A stretch of DNA of 63,112 bases, filler included, from Hyphochytrium catenoides (lineage: Eukaryota > Protista > Hyphochytriomycota): the NCBI GenBank assembly GCA_900088475.1. It is 6 parts of 6 records of this genome, joined end to end, with 100 filler letters (N's around TTAATTAATTAA, not from the genome) between each part and the next. Parts side by side here need not be neighbours in the genome. Positions count along the whole stretch, not along the records: positions 20,361 to 48,359 come from FLMG01002625.1; 5 more parts are not named here. One strand, 5' to 3'. A program made the translations under genes and the position numbers. Shown in pieces: positions 33,301 to 46,707 of this stretch. The notes beneath the pieces are model-generated. The model did no database searches. It saw nothing but the letters and a program-made list of their open reading frames with translations, and was not told the DNA's origin. Numbering within the stretch: the stretch's first letter is position 1; each line of letters opens with the position of its first letter.

Positions 33301-34405
33301 TTAGTCGGGTTTAGATCTACTACTGATGCCTATAGAGTTATTAAAAATGGGGCCAAGAGGATTGTCCTTGTAAGCCGGCATCGAACGTGTCTCAGCCTTT
33401 GACAGTTGGAGTGCCTTCTTCTTCGTCAAATAGAAGACAACCAGCGCCAGAACTCCAACCAAATAGAGGAAGTCAAGGACGTGGCGCAACTCTGAGTGTG
33501 GCACGCTTCCTCCCGGTGCAGACCGAATGTAGGAGTGACGGCTGCCGTGGTTGGGGTCTATGGTGCGAAGAGTGGCGCACCAATCTTGAGGAGGGAAGGT
33601 CTCGATTCGTTGATGCATTAGAATGAGCTCATCAGGCTGGAGGTCGTGGGCAACTAACATCTTCGGGTCGCAGCGGAAGATGCCAAGAGAAGACTCTGGA
33701 ATGTAGTTCACGGTCTTCAATGGCAGTTGGGGCTGGGAGATCAATGCGTGGAGAAGGTCTAGTGATAGGACGAAGGATCTAGACTCCTGCAGCTTGTCCC
33801 TGACCGACAAGCTGGGGTCACTGTCACCGGGAGGAGCCCACAGGAACATCTCTCTGCTATTGGAAGAGAACTGACCAAAGGCGGAGAGCAACCCACGCAT
33901 AAATACGAAACTGGAGCTGTCAGTCTTAACAATGAAGGGCTGTCGAGCTGTTACTTGTGCGCTATAGCTCTCAAAGAACCAGCGCAGAGCGTGGTCCATT
34001 TCCACGCTCCTCGTGCCGTCCACGGCAGGATCGGCGGCTGGGAGAATGACCATATCAGCGTTCTGCTGATTCTCTGCTGCCAGAGCCTCTGACACAGCGT
34101 TGATTGCATCGCCATTTGCTGTCTGAGGGACAAAGAATTGATAGCGAATCGTATCCCCCTGCAAACCCGTGTTTAGCTACTCCTCAAGCCCCATCTCATT
34201 GCGCTGTCGAAAAGAATTAAGGATACCTTCGTAGTCTGAAGCCAAGTGCTCCGGATAGCATTTCTGGCTTGCTGCTCCTCTGGGAATGAGAATATCGCAA
34301 TATGAAGCTGTTCTTCATTCTGAAGCGTCGGCCTCTGTGGTTCCTCCTCTTTCGTAGCTGAAGAGCCATCGATCAGCCCTCGGTCCAGCGGCGACTCCAT
34401 TCCTT
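33301..34405 (-). CDS. GT31 (beta-1,3-galactosyltransferase)-like protein with degenerate DxD and C-terminal TM helix; 5' end unresolved
   Basis: LHIAIFS..ARNAIRSTW, intron about 34159-34228, then YQFFV..ALAAENQQNADMVIL..ALRW..FIVKTDSSSFV (family consensus FVMKxDDDxFV). TM segment VLDFLYLVGVLALVVFYL followed by KKK. Confidence 0.55.
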
Positions 34406-35151
34406 GGTACGCTATGCTATGTCGCACTATTACTTAGCCTCATTTCCTCGGTGGCCCCAACAACTACATAAGCAGGTTTCCGCCCTTTCAAACCGCTACC
34501 TTCTACACTTGTCACACATCCACAACTATCACCGAGGGCAGAAACCCAGCTCCCTCCCGCCTGGGAGTTGCTCGCTTGGGAGCTTGAATTAACGCGAGAA
34601 CTCGGCTAAAGGTTATCCCAGGGAAGACAGCCAGACAATGACGAAGAGATTAATAAGGAAGACGACAAGGGATGTGAGACAACGGGAAGGTAAGGTGCCC
34701 GTACATCGCTTGCCCATCCGATGACAGCTCTCACCAACAGCTCATCGGTCTCTCAAGCTGCGCCATCGTCCATCGCCCAGCCCGGCGGCCAGAGCTGCCA
34801 GGTCATCCTGCGCTGGCCAAACCAACGCGCCAAAGAGCTTGGTTACTGATATACACACATCCCCCAGGATCACTGGAGTTTCCTAGTTATGGTAGTTATC
34901 ACTGAATCGCTGCTCATTAGTAATCTTTTGAAACCGCTGCAAAGAACTTCAGCGAGCAAGCCACCATCACATTGAACAGTTGAGCTTCTATTACGAATAA
35001 GGTTGAGCTTCATCTAAGTTATGGTCGTGTTGATCATGAATAATGATGCGAAGTTCAACTTCCGCATTCTCTCTGTCTCTTTCCTGTCACCTACTCTCTC
35101 TCTCTCTCACTCTCTCTCTCTCTCTCTCTCTTCCTCTCTCTCTCTATCTGT

Positions 35152-35194
<43 letters not shown>

Positions 35195-35585
35195 TTCGTT
35201 TTCTTACTGTGTCTCTCACGCATGACTGATGACTGTTCCTGTGGCTGCTCATATGATGGATGATTGTTGATGCTGCGACACAGTGCCACACATTATGTAT
35301 AGGAAAGTCGATGAGAACGAGGGTCAACCAAAGGAAGGGAGAACCAGCGTAGAACCTGGGACAGTACGAAGAGGAGAGGCTCAGTGAATCATTGAGAAAG
35401 CTGCTCGCTGGCTGCTGCAAGCTTCCCATCCGCAGACACTTCAATCCTTTCTCTCTGCGAGAGACCTACTACCCTATTCACAGAATCTGCGGCGAGTGAT
35501 AAGAAGGAGCTTCTTCCCGACTTGCTGTCTGGATCAGCTGAACTTGCCACAAAACGAAGCTGCCCCAAGACCTGAACAGGGAAGG

Positions 35586-36781
35586 ATGGTGAACCCCGTG
35601 ACTGCCGTCGTTGACGCTGCCAAGGAGATTGTCTCCCCGCTAGCGAAGCGCTCAAAGCCAAGTAAGTACCGTTGATCGCCAGGGAGACGTCGGGGTCTAT
35701 TAACAATGTGGCTGGCACAGATCGCAGGCCGATGACGCTGCCTGAGAAGATTCTCTGCCATCACGCTATCGGCCTTCGTGAATCGTATGTCGAGCCTGGG
35801 CAAATGATTTGCGTCAAGGTTCAGTGGACGCTAGCGAGGTGGGGCTCTTATTGTGCTATGTGGTGCAACGCTAGAGAATATGGGCAAAGCTAAGCTCGTC
35901 CTCTGTTCCTAATTCAACAGCGAAGTCACGTGGAAGTCAATGGATAAGACATATCAGGTAGGAGACACCTTNNNNNNNNNNNNNNNNNNNNNNNNNNNNN
36001 NNNNNNNNNNNNNNNNNNNNNNNNNNNNNNNNNNGTCGAAGCAGCAGATGATGATCAAGGCGTCTAGAGATTTTGCGGAAGAAGCGAACCTCGTGGACTT
36101 TTACGAGCCCAATGAGGTAAGTAACCGGCATCGTTATGAGGCATATGGTAGTTGCCTGGCACTCTAACCTTCACGCTACTTACAGACTATTCTCCACACT
36201 GAGTTCTATCGCCAGCGAGCGCAGCCTGGCCAAGTGGTGGTTGGTGCGGACAGCCACAGTTGCAGCACAGGCGGACTTGGTGCCTTTGCCATTGGACTGG
36301 GAGCTGCGGATGTGGTGATGCCTCTGGTAACTGGAGAGACGTGGATCAAGGTTCCTGAGACCGTGAAGGTTGACTTCACCGGCTCACCGCCATTCGGCGT
36401 GGTGGGGAAGGATGTGATGCTGTACACGCTCCGACAACTGAAGTGCAACACGGTACTTCTCAATTTGGCGCTGGTTAGCGGTGCCTCACCTCTACTAACG
36501 GTGCCTCCTCTATCCAGGTGGCGGTTGAGCGCGCGATTGAGTGGGGCGGAAACATTGAAGCGCTCTCCTGCGACTCACGCTTTGCCATTTCCAACATGTC
36601 AGTTGAGTTTGGCGGCATTGCCGGCGTTTTCCCTGCGGATGAGCAGACGGCCGCCTACCTCTCAAAGCGCAAGTCTCACAATGAAGATGCGATCTACTTC
36701 CGTGCGGATGAGGATGCCAAGTATGCTGAGAAGTAAGTACCGCTTGCGTTAGTTAGTATATCGTGCTCTCCATCTCTAACG

Positions 36782-36816
<35 letters not shown>

Positions 36817-38647
36817 TGCATTTTGTCTAGGTTCGAGATCTCCATGGACAACTTGGTTCCTCAGGTTGCTCTCTACCCTTCTCCTGACAACGGCGTTGAC
36901 GTAACAGAAGTGGAGGGCAAGCACCTTGACGGCGTCTTCATTGGTGCCTGCACTACAGCAGAGGAGGAGCTTATCCTTGCCGGATTGGTGCTGAAGGCTG
37001 GCCTGGACAAAGGACTAACCCCTGTCAACAGAGGACGGAGGTGAGGCAGCCTGCTAGTATCTTGAGTGACAACAGTTTATGCTGACCCGTGTGACTTTGC
37101 TATTCCAGACGAGTGACTCCAGGCAGTCGTATCATCGTCGAGCGACTGCGTGAGCTTGGACTGATCGATGCTTATGAGAAGGCTGGGTTCACAGTCGGAG
37201 CTCCAGGATGCAGTTTCTGCCTAGCTATTGCTGCAGATGTTGCAGGGGAAGGCGAGGTGTGGCTGAGCAGCCAGAATAGGAACTATAGAAACCGCATGGG
37301 CAAGGGATCGGAAGGGAATCTTGCGTCTGCCGCTACGGTGGCGGCTTCAAGCTTCGGTAAGGCGCTTTCTATTAGCTGAGAACGACAGCTGCAAGAGATG
37401 CTAACGGTTTCGCCGTTCTCCGTGTCTTCTTATAGATATGAAGATTGCTGATCCACGCCCACTCTTGGCCCTGGTAGATCAAGATGAGTACATGAAGATG
37501 CTTAACAGGGTAAACTTCCTCTTTGGCATCATTTCCGTCTTCTCACACCTCCAAGACTAATCTCCCTCTCTAAACCTGGTCCCGCAACACTCAATAGGCT
37601 CCCGCGATCCCCATCACTCTTTCTGAACCTGAGCCAGAGCTGGTTGGTTCCTCCTCTTCTGAGGCCGATGGGCCAGCCGAGCAGTTGGAGACCTTCGATG
37701 CCCCCATCACAGGCCGAGTACAGGCCTTCGGGGACAACATTGACACGGATGCGATTCTTCCTGGAGAGTATCTTTGTGAAAATGACATGGCAGAACTGGG
37801 AAAAGTAGCATTCCTGCACACTAACCCAGACTTTAGAGACAAGGTGAGAGCGAGGGAGACAGTGGGGGCTGGAAAGAATAAAGAAGAATTCTTCTCAGCC
37901 GCAAGTGCTGAGCCTTTTTTCTATAGGTCAAGGCAGGCCAGGATATCATTGTCGCTGGCAACGGCTTTGGCTGTGGTTCATCAAGAGAACAGGCGGTGAC
38001 GGCACTGAAAGGTGCTGGTCTGAAGGCTGTCATTGCCAAGTCCTTCTCCTATATCTTTTCTCGGAACTATCAGAACTTCTCCTTGGTCGGCATTCAGATC
38101 AAAGATCCGAAGTTCTATGAGCTTGCAACTGAGAACACTGAGATCACCATCAATATGAAGGTCGGTCCCTGTTATCTTTAGAGAGTCTAGTCAATGTTCA
38201 CCGAGCTGCACTGACAGCCTCACTCTCTCCATCCTGGTTTTGTTATCTTCCAAATGTATCCCTCTCTTCTCGCTTTAGTCGTGGTAGCTCTGCCTCAGCT
38301 ATCCTCCCGATAGGCTGGTCTTGTCTCTTCAACCAAGTTTCAGTCTTCTTTTCAATCGCTAGCCCTTATACTCATGACGTCGGGTGCTGCAGGGACGCAC
38401 GATTGAAGTGAAGGGTGAAGTCTTCCGCTTCAATATGTCTCTCTTTGAAGAGCGGCTGTTGGCAGGTGGCGGCATCATGCCCCTCTTCAACAGATTCGGA
38501 GCTAGACTATTCCGTGTTGCAGTAGATGACTCTGTTACGGGAGGCAAAGAGACCGCTTCAGGTTCGTGCGGCACGACATCAGAGTGTGGCACTGATGGCG
38601 ACCAGAGCAGCGCCGCGGCGAAGGCCGCAGCCGCAATATCGTGGTGA
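35586..38647 (+). CDS. Single-chain aconitase-family dehydratase (LeuC+LeuD / homoaconitase-like), multi-exon
   Basis: [58 protein letters not shown] and APGCSFC (three 4Fe-4S Cys), [12 protein letters not shown], then small-subunit motifs [33 protein letters not shown] gap at 35972-36034. Confidence 0.9.
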
Positions 38648-39296
38648 GAAGTTAAGGGAGCACAGGATAAGATAGAGCCCGAGGCTTGGAACCAGATGGG
38701 CAGCTAAGGCGATGGAACACTGGTCGCGCTCAGCCTCTGAAGAGTCCTTTCAGCCATCCCCCAGGTCCTGCTAGTCATAAGGATTAGGAATAATGACACA
38801 TTATCAACCACAATTTGCAATTTCTTCTGTAATATCATGAATGGACACCCGGAATGAATGTATGTAACGCCTTTGGTCTGGGTGCTGACGGAACGACCAC
38901 GCCCGGAGATCCTGGTGAGCTGCAGCCCGAGCCGAAGGCTGCAGGAGACAGCGTAAGGGCTGGTGCCCGTCCAATGCTCGGCACTAACAGCGTCTGCGAG
39001 CATCTCCGAGAGGTTTTGAAGAGCTAGTGGATCACGATAGAGACAGAACTAAGATAGGTGGGCGTCACGAGGAAAGCAGGCGACAATCAGGAGAGCGCTC
39101 TACCATGAGCCTGCCACTGGTCGCTGCGGTTTATCTCAGGTGCTGCTGGGGCGACATGTAAGAATGGCCCGATTGACACGTTCGAGGGGTAGGAATATCC
39201 TAAACAATCGCCGTAGAATGTTCCAGCTTGGTCGGTGGGTTGCGGGGTCGGGAGATTGGTAGTGCACAGCTAGCCCGACAGCTCCCAGCTAGAATC

Positions 39297-42200
39297 ATGC
39301 CGAGCGCGGAGGGTTTTGAGGAGGACCTGCCTCCAATGAGCTCAGGCGTGGATCCCTCCGTTGACTCTGCAAAGGTCTCTTTACGGTTGGACCATGCGGT
39401 TGGAATGCTGGACGATATGCCAGACTCTGCGGCTTTCATCGATGAACGCCGCGTAGTCTTTGCTGTAGGTAAACGCGCTGGGATCATTGATGTTGACTCA
39501 AAGATCACCCGCTGGCTTGAAACAGTGGGCACTTCCTCGAGCACCAGCAAGGGTGTGACGACACACAGCATCAGTGTGCAGCTCTGTGCAGTTAGACTTT
39601 GCCCAAAGCACCGCTATGTAGTCCTTGCCGAGCTGATTCAGGCTTACAAGGAGAAGAAGAACGGTCGAGGCGCAGGAGACTCTGGTGGGTCTTCGTCTTC
39701 CCTTTCTCTTGGTGACAGCGTGCTCAAGGGCTCCACTGGCGCTCTGCTGGAGGCTCAGGGTTCAGGGCAGTTAGACGTCTCTGGGAGGGAGGACTACTTT
39801 CTACTTTCATTCTTTGACCTCGGCAACCTGGCCACGCAATTTGAGCTCAAGTCGCCCCTGTTGCCCGTCAAGCGCTTGATTCAGCGAGGACACAAGGACA
39901 CTTCGGTCAGGGGACCGCTGAGCTCCATTGCCTTTAGCAGCGATAGCAAATTTCTTGTCACTCTTAGCAGCCCAAGCGATAACCTTCTCTGCATCTGGGA
40001 GTGGGGCCGCAGCCGCTTAGTTTGCGCTCATTTGTTGAACACTAAAATCCAGCGCGTCACCTTCAATCCTAAGGATAAAACCCAGATCGCCACGAGTGGG
40101 CCCCAGTCTTTGCAGGTCAGAGAGAATGCCTAAGACCTCTACTCTTGATCTGTTGTTCCGTTTCCATTGCACTCCCTCTCTCGCGTGCTGCTCGTCTCCA
40201 GTGCTAGCCCCTTATTGCATCTCATGCCGTCTACGGCAGCTCGCTGAGCATATGCTTGGCCTCCCTGTAACCTAACTCGCATTAGTTTGCCTGTCGGCTT
40301 CACCTCTTGTCTCGATGCGACCGCCTTTTACACTGCTCCGTCTATTTCCCCATCACCGTAGCTCTGGAGAGTGGCAGAAAGTTCGCTACGGCCGTTCCCG
40401 CCCTTTCGGCGGCTGCGGAGTGGAGACTCATACACAGACCAGAAATGGACGAGGGATGGCGTGATGGTGGCGTTAACCGAAGGTGGCGATGCCGTACTGA
40501 TGCAGGGCAGCGACCTGCTGCAGAGGTTCGAGAAGGTTCTAGGGAATGACACACCTGAGAACTTAGTGGTAAGACCATCTAAAGTTCCTCCTTCTCGTGG
40601 ATCGACCCTTTGCATCTCCTTTTGACTCGATCGGTAGCCACATACCTTCTTGCGCTTTGGCTCTCTGACCTTTGTACCCCAGCAGCCTCTCCCCGCTGCC
40701 ACTCGAACACTATGAGCTTCCTCTCACATACTACATCTCCGTCGTCCCAGCCTACCGACCAGGAGCTAATCATTTTCGGGGCTACGGGCACAATCGCCAT
40801 TCTCAGAAAGGAAAAGAGCGTTGAGCCGGTAAGAGTCCAACCTCTATACAGTGATCTATGAGGAAATGAGAGGTAGTAGGCTCCTAAGATAGCTGAACGG
40901 AGGAAAAGCGAGGATGAAAACAAAGAGAGCTGGGGAGAGAGACAGGGAGGGCTGACCACAAACCCGCAGTAGACGCTTTGCGACAAACCTGACAGTCTCC
41001 TCCGTTACCTTCGGTCCTAGATTTCCTATAAGGTGGTCAACACCTTGGCCCTCAACCATCGCGCTCGAATCTACTCAGCTACCATCTGCCCCCGACAAGA
41101 GACTCTTCTTCTTCTCTTCAAGGGACAGGCTGGCGTTGTATTGCTCTCTGCTCTCAACTCTATTCCCCCAGGAGACAAAGACAAGCCACTCGCCTTCCTT
41201 AGTCCTCTGGACCCTTGGCACCAAGCACCCGTCAGCTGTCTGTCTGTTTCCACCTGTAAAAGTCTGCTAGCTACTTGCACCAGTAGGGACGATGATACGA
41301 CCGTTAGAGTATGGAACTATCGGAAAAGAAGGCTCATCAGCGCCAGTGTGTTCAAGTCCAGACTCCCCGGCGTTAGCGACCCTTTCGGTCTGAAGAAAGG
41401 GCTAGAAGGAGCAGACAGAAAAGGAGAACGAAGCTCGTCGAGAAGAGAGCAGGACAACAACGGCGGTCCCTCCATCAGGCGTATTCCTCTGTCTGTTTCT
41501 TTCCATCCTGACGGGTACAAACTCCTCATCGGCTTCGCAGACGGCCTTCGACTCTACCACGTGTTAGCTGGCTCCACCCTCAAATCTCAAGCGCAGGCTT
41601 GGAGCAGCACCGATATCGAAGCGTCAACCCTCTCGCATCCTGCAATAACTCTGGAAGAGGACGAGCAAGGTGAGGCAGAGGGCATGGGGGCTGGACAGTA
41701 TGGCGAGGGAGGCCCTATCGCAGACGGAAAGGCGACCGCAAGAGACAAGGAAGGTCTCTCTTTAGCTTTGGAAGTCTCGAACAACTCTGTCCATTACGTT
41801 TCATTCTCTCCAGGCGGAAGCCTCTTCGTCACCCTAGAAACTGCGCCATCCTCTTTGTCAGCAGCCTCCTCTGGTCTTGACTCTCCAAAGAAGGCGGAGG
41901 GCCGTCCAACTCGTGCTTTTATCTATTCCTTTTTCGGAGCAGGGTGTGGGAGCAGCCCACGCCGTATGATGGAGCTCGTAGGACACCGAAGCGCTCTTTG
42001 TTGCCTATGCTGGCGTGGGATGGACCAAGGAGTCGTTGGTGCTGACAGAGCAGGCCGCATGTATGACTGGAGGATCGCTAGTGGGCTCGATGGACATGGC
42101 ACAGACGCCAGCACCCAAGGCGAAGCTCCAGGCCGGGAGGAGGATGACACCTTATGGGCCTTAGAAAGCGATAAAGGAGAGAGCAGCGTGTGTTCAAAGT

Positions 42201-45200
42201 CCTCTGTGCCCAAAGTCCGGCACAGTCAGGAGACCTACGAGAAGAACCTTCTCTTTTCAAGCTTGCAGGCGGCCTCAGATTCAGTTCTCGCTGCAGGAGA
42301 GAAGATCCAACCCATTTTGGCAAACTATGGCCATCGTCCAGGAACCGGCCCTTCCTCTCCTACCGCAGGCAGCCTCGGTCCTAGCTCTCCAACAGGCCAA
42401 AGAAGGAGGCAAAGCCTCATACCGGTCTCGGAGGGGAGGAGTTCCTCTCTCTTACTCAGCTGGACGAAGAACTTGGCCCAGCGAAGTGGTCTCTTCGTCG
42501 TTCCTGGGCCTCCCTTAAGCTCGTCCATTACAAGGATTCTGGTCAGCGATCAACAGCACCAAACACTTTTTGCTGCCACCAATGCCGGCAGTGTCCTACT
42601 ATTTGACTATCCACTGAAGATCGACACGAAACTAGGTGCGTTTATCTCTCTTCTCCCCTCGCGCTCTCCTTCTCTCTCTCTGTCTCTCTCTCTCCTTTTC
42701 TTATCAACCTGCCTCTCTTTCTTTTTCTCTTGCTCGTATCGTACCTCTCATAGTCTATCTCATAGTCTCCGTCTATCCACTGTCTGGCATCTTGTTCCTT
42801 GCTAAAGATACACTTTCCTCTTTCCAAACCTTCGGCTGTCTACTAAGCTCGTGCGTTTTCTCTACACCTCTAGGGCACTCCTTTCTCAGCCATTACTTCT
42901 CTTCTCACCTCGTTTCATGCTTTAAAAAGAACCTTTGTCTCACTCCTCCGATGTCCTGTTCGTTGTCCCTTGTCGGCTTCCTGCTGCTTCCTTCGCTTTC
43001 GCTGGCAGAGTTGACTTTGGATGGCGTGATAAAGCTTCATCCCAGGCAACAAATCATGCTCCACTCCCTTCCTATAACAGCGCTATCGCTATCCGGAGAC
43101 GGATCCTTTCTTCTATCCACTGGAGAGGATGGAGCAATATTCTGCTGTGAGATTGTCCGCCGGAGGGAAAAAGAGAGACACAGCGGAATTCAGAGAGAAA
43201 CAGACCGGGAAGAAAGGAAAGAACGCCTTCAGAGGCTCGCACAAGCTGAGGAAGATCGGCTGTGTCTCATCAACTCTGAGAGCTTCTCATCTGAGCGAGG
43301 GCAGCTGGCGCAACTTGCCCAGGAGTTAGCAGAATTGCGGTCATTGAGAGAATATGAGCTTCAGAGCCTAGTGCAGTCGCATCGCCTGGAGAAGGCAGAG
43401 ATGGAGGTCTCCTTTCTTGAGCAAATAAAGGAGAAGGACTTTCAAATAAGGTTAGGAAACCGGCAGGAGAGGGAGGACGAGAAAGAACTTGAAGAAGAGA
43501 GGAAGACGTGGGAAAGACAGAGAGATATGGCAGGATGTGACCTGGCACTGGGATGCGTCTCCTCAATGCTTTTCTCTTTCCCTTCCGGGTCCTCTCCCCT
43601 CTCTCTCACCCGAGTCTGTCTCTACTTTGTGACTTCAGCTAATGGTTATGTTCTTATGTTTCCTCTTTAGCGTTCTAGAGGAAAATCAGAAGCAGCTCAA
43701 AGCTAAGGCTGCGGAGGATCTTCAGCGGATGGAGGCCTCTCGACACGAGATGATTGGAGAGATGGAGAAGAGATTCGAGGCAGAGAAAACAAGGATCGCT
43801 CACGATCTAAAGAGAGAGCGAGAGCGGGCAGACGATATTCTCGTTCTGTCACAGGAGAAAGAGGAGGCTCTTGTTCTGGCTCGTAAGGAGGAAGAAGAGA
43901 AGCACAAGAAAGAAGTCCAGCAGCTAAAGCATCTCACAGTCCTGGAGAGGGAGAGTCTTGAAGCGTACGAAGACCATCTCTGTTTCTCCTCTTTCCTCTT
44001 TCTCTTCCTTCTCCCCTTGCCCTCTTCTTGAACACTGTCCTACAGCCCCTACTTCTCTTCCCAGCTCTTATGTCCTCTGTCAGCTCCATCGCTATTGTCT
44101 CCCTTAACGCTGACCATCTCTTCGCTTACTGTCTCTCACCCTCGGACCTTCAGATACGTGCTGGATATGAAGCGTGCAGCTGACAAGGCGTCTGAGCAGG
44201 AGGAAGAAGAGGCGAACGTTGTGATAGCTAGGCTGAAGGCTGAGATTCTGCAACAGAAGGAAGAGAGCCATAAGAAGGTAGGTAGTCTCTCCTCATTTCT
44301 GCCCCCCTTCTTGCTCTTTCGCTCTTTAGAGAGGGTAAAGTGCCAGCTCTCTCCTGGCTCCTCTTCCCTTCGCGCTTCGTGTGAGACACATATAAGTGTT
44401 CTGTGACATCGACGCCGTTCCTTACGCTAGGAGAACTCTTCCTGATTGCTGCTCACAGAGATTCGCTGTTTAATTGTCTAAAGTTCTTTTCACCTCTCTT
44501 TTCCGTCGTAGTCCCTCCTCTTTGCTTTTCTCTCTCTCTTCTCTTCTCTTCTCCCTCCTGTGCTGCTGTCACTCAGTTGCTCTTTGTGGGCACCTTCCCT
44601 GTTCTTGCTCTTCTTAATCATCTGTCCCGTTATCCACAGTTTCTGCACCAGGAGTATGAGAACACGCTGCTTCAGGATGCCGTGAGAGTGATGAAAGGGG
44701 AGCTTAAAACCAAAGAGGATGAGCTGAAGCGAGCAGCAATGTCTAAGGAGGCAGCTGAGGCTCAGAGGAGAGGACTAGAAGAGCAGCTCAACCTCATTCG
44801 CGAGGAGATGCAGGCTTTAGAGAGGAAGGATGAGCTTTTGAGAGAGCATGTTTGGAAAGAAAAGCAGTCTCGGGAAAGATTGGAGAAAGAGAGGAACATT
44901 TTGAACCATAAGGTAACGTTGCAGGCCCCTTCCAGGGCCATCTTCCTTCTGGGCACTTTATAAACTTCTAAGGTCCATTTAAAAGTCTCACAGCAAAGCG
45001 AGAGCATTGTCTTTCTCAGAGCCACATGTCCACTGCAATACGAACACGCCTCTACGAAAGCCTCTAAACGTTCTCACTGAGTGTGTCGCTCTCTTCGATT
45101 CCTTGCTGTGTCTCTGTCTGTCTGTCGCTCTCTCTTTTTCTGTTTTGCTTTCACTCCCTCGATCATCCTTTTCACTTTCTGACCTCATCGTTCATAGCTT

Positions 45201-46707
45201 GACGACATTCAAGGCACAATTCAACCTCGTGATGAGAAGATCAAGGACATGCTTCATACCTTTCAGGCGATGGACGAGGAGTGGATTAAGGTTTCTCACT
45301 CACTTCAGGCCAAAGATAGCGCACAGAACAAGAAGGAAGCTCAAGTTAGGGAGCTGCAGAGCCGTGTAAGAGAGCTTGAGGAGTCTCTGCTGCAGAGAGA
45401 AGCGCTGCTGGATAGGTTCCGCCTTGACCTCGACGATGTGGTGCATGAGCCCGACCAGCGTCATTGGAAGACAGCAATACTGGAGCTTCATAGAAAGTAA
45501 GACTTGACATCTCATTTCTTCCCCTTCTGTCTCTCCCTCTCTCTCTTCTCTCTCTCTCTCTCTCTTGCTCTCTCTCTCTGTCTTCTTGAATCGTCTCTCT
45601 GTTCCCTTGATTCTGCACTTTATCACCTTGCCGCAGTCTGAAGCCAATTCTGCTTTCCTTTAGTCGTTCATATCAGTCACTTCTTCATTGTGCTTCTTGT
45701 CTTCTGAGCTTAGTAAGACTACTGCGAGAGAGCGGTGGGGCGGAATCTCCGCCCTACAAGGGGCAGTGGCTCGCCTGCCTTGGTCCCTTATCCTCGCACC
45801 CCTTCTCATTCTCTCTCTCTCCCTTTCAATCGTTTCATACGGGGCCAACCCTACCTGTTACGCTCTCTGTAGGTATACCGACGCCAAGACAAACGCCCGC
45901 TTCTCTGCAATGAAGCGAGAAGAGGTGTCCCGGGCTAACGAGCTTTTGCGAAGCACGTCGTGCCTCAGAGACATGCTCAGCGTGCAGGATCGTGCCTTCA
46001 CAAAGGCAAAGGGTGTGCTGGAGCACAAGACACACACTTCAACGCTGGAGAATATGGCGCTTCTAGAGCAGCTGAATGCCCTGAACAAGGATAACCAGAC
46101 CCTCAACCAGCGGGTAAAGGCACTACAGAAGACGAAGGAGGAGCATCTACAGCCTGGTGTGAGGAGAGCTTCTGCCCTCGAGGAAAAGCGCCCAAAGACT
46201 GCAGGAGCCACACCTGGAAGTCGTGTTGCTCGTTCATCCTCACTCTTCACGCCACCACCTTCAAATGCACCTTCAAATGGCGAAGCTAACGTTCCTTTAG
46301 CCAGCGCGGCGGGTCCGGTCGGTGGGCCACAGAGTGAGGAGCCAAAAGTGCCACCAGAGGTCACTAGCTCTCAGTCTTCTACCTCGGACAAACCACAATG
46401 GACATATCTCACCCAGCAGGACAGCAAGACTCCACGAACCGTCTCCTCTACCAGGACACTCTCTAGACCTAAATCTGCCGCAGCCATGAGAAACCGTATG
46501 GCCAGCAGCCCAGCGGTGGTCGCTCCTGTTTCTGCCAGTCCAACACACGGCAAGTTGAACGCCTCTACCAGCAAGGTCGGGATGAGGTTACGGAGCTCTC
46601 TAATGCGGCGAGTGCAGGTCGAAGCAGCAAAAGACGAACCTGGTAGCACTGATAAGGAGCAGGCCCCGGACCCCGAGGTCCATCAGCCACTAGAGGCAGC
46701 GCAGTGA
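39297..46707 (+). CDS. CFAP57: Cilia- and flagella-associated protein 57 (WDR65/FAP57)-like: WD40 propellers + long coiled coil; multi-exon
   Basis: Family-typical segments AFSSDSKFL..LCIWEW..VTFNPKD..QIATSG, WHQAPVSCLSV..LLATC..VRVWNY, SVSFHPDG..LIGFADGLRL, HSLPITAL..D..FLLSTGEDG, NILNHK..IQPRDEKIKDM..MDEE, ENMALLEQLN. Could be a divergent paralogue. Confidence 0.8.
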
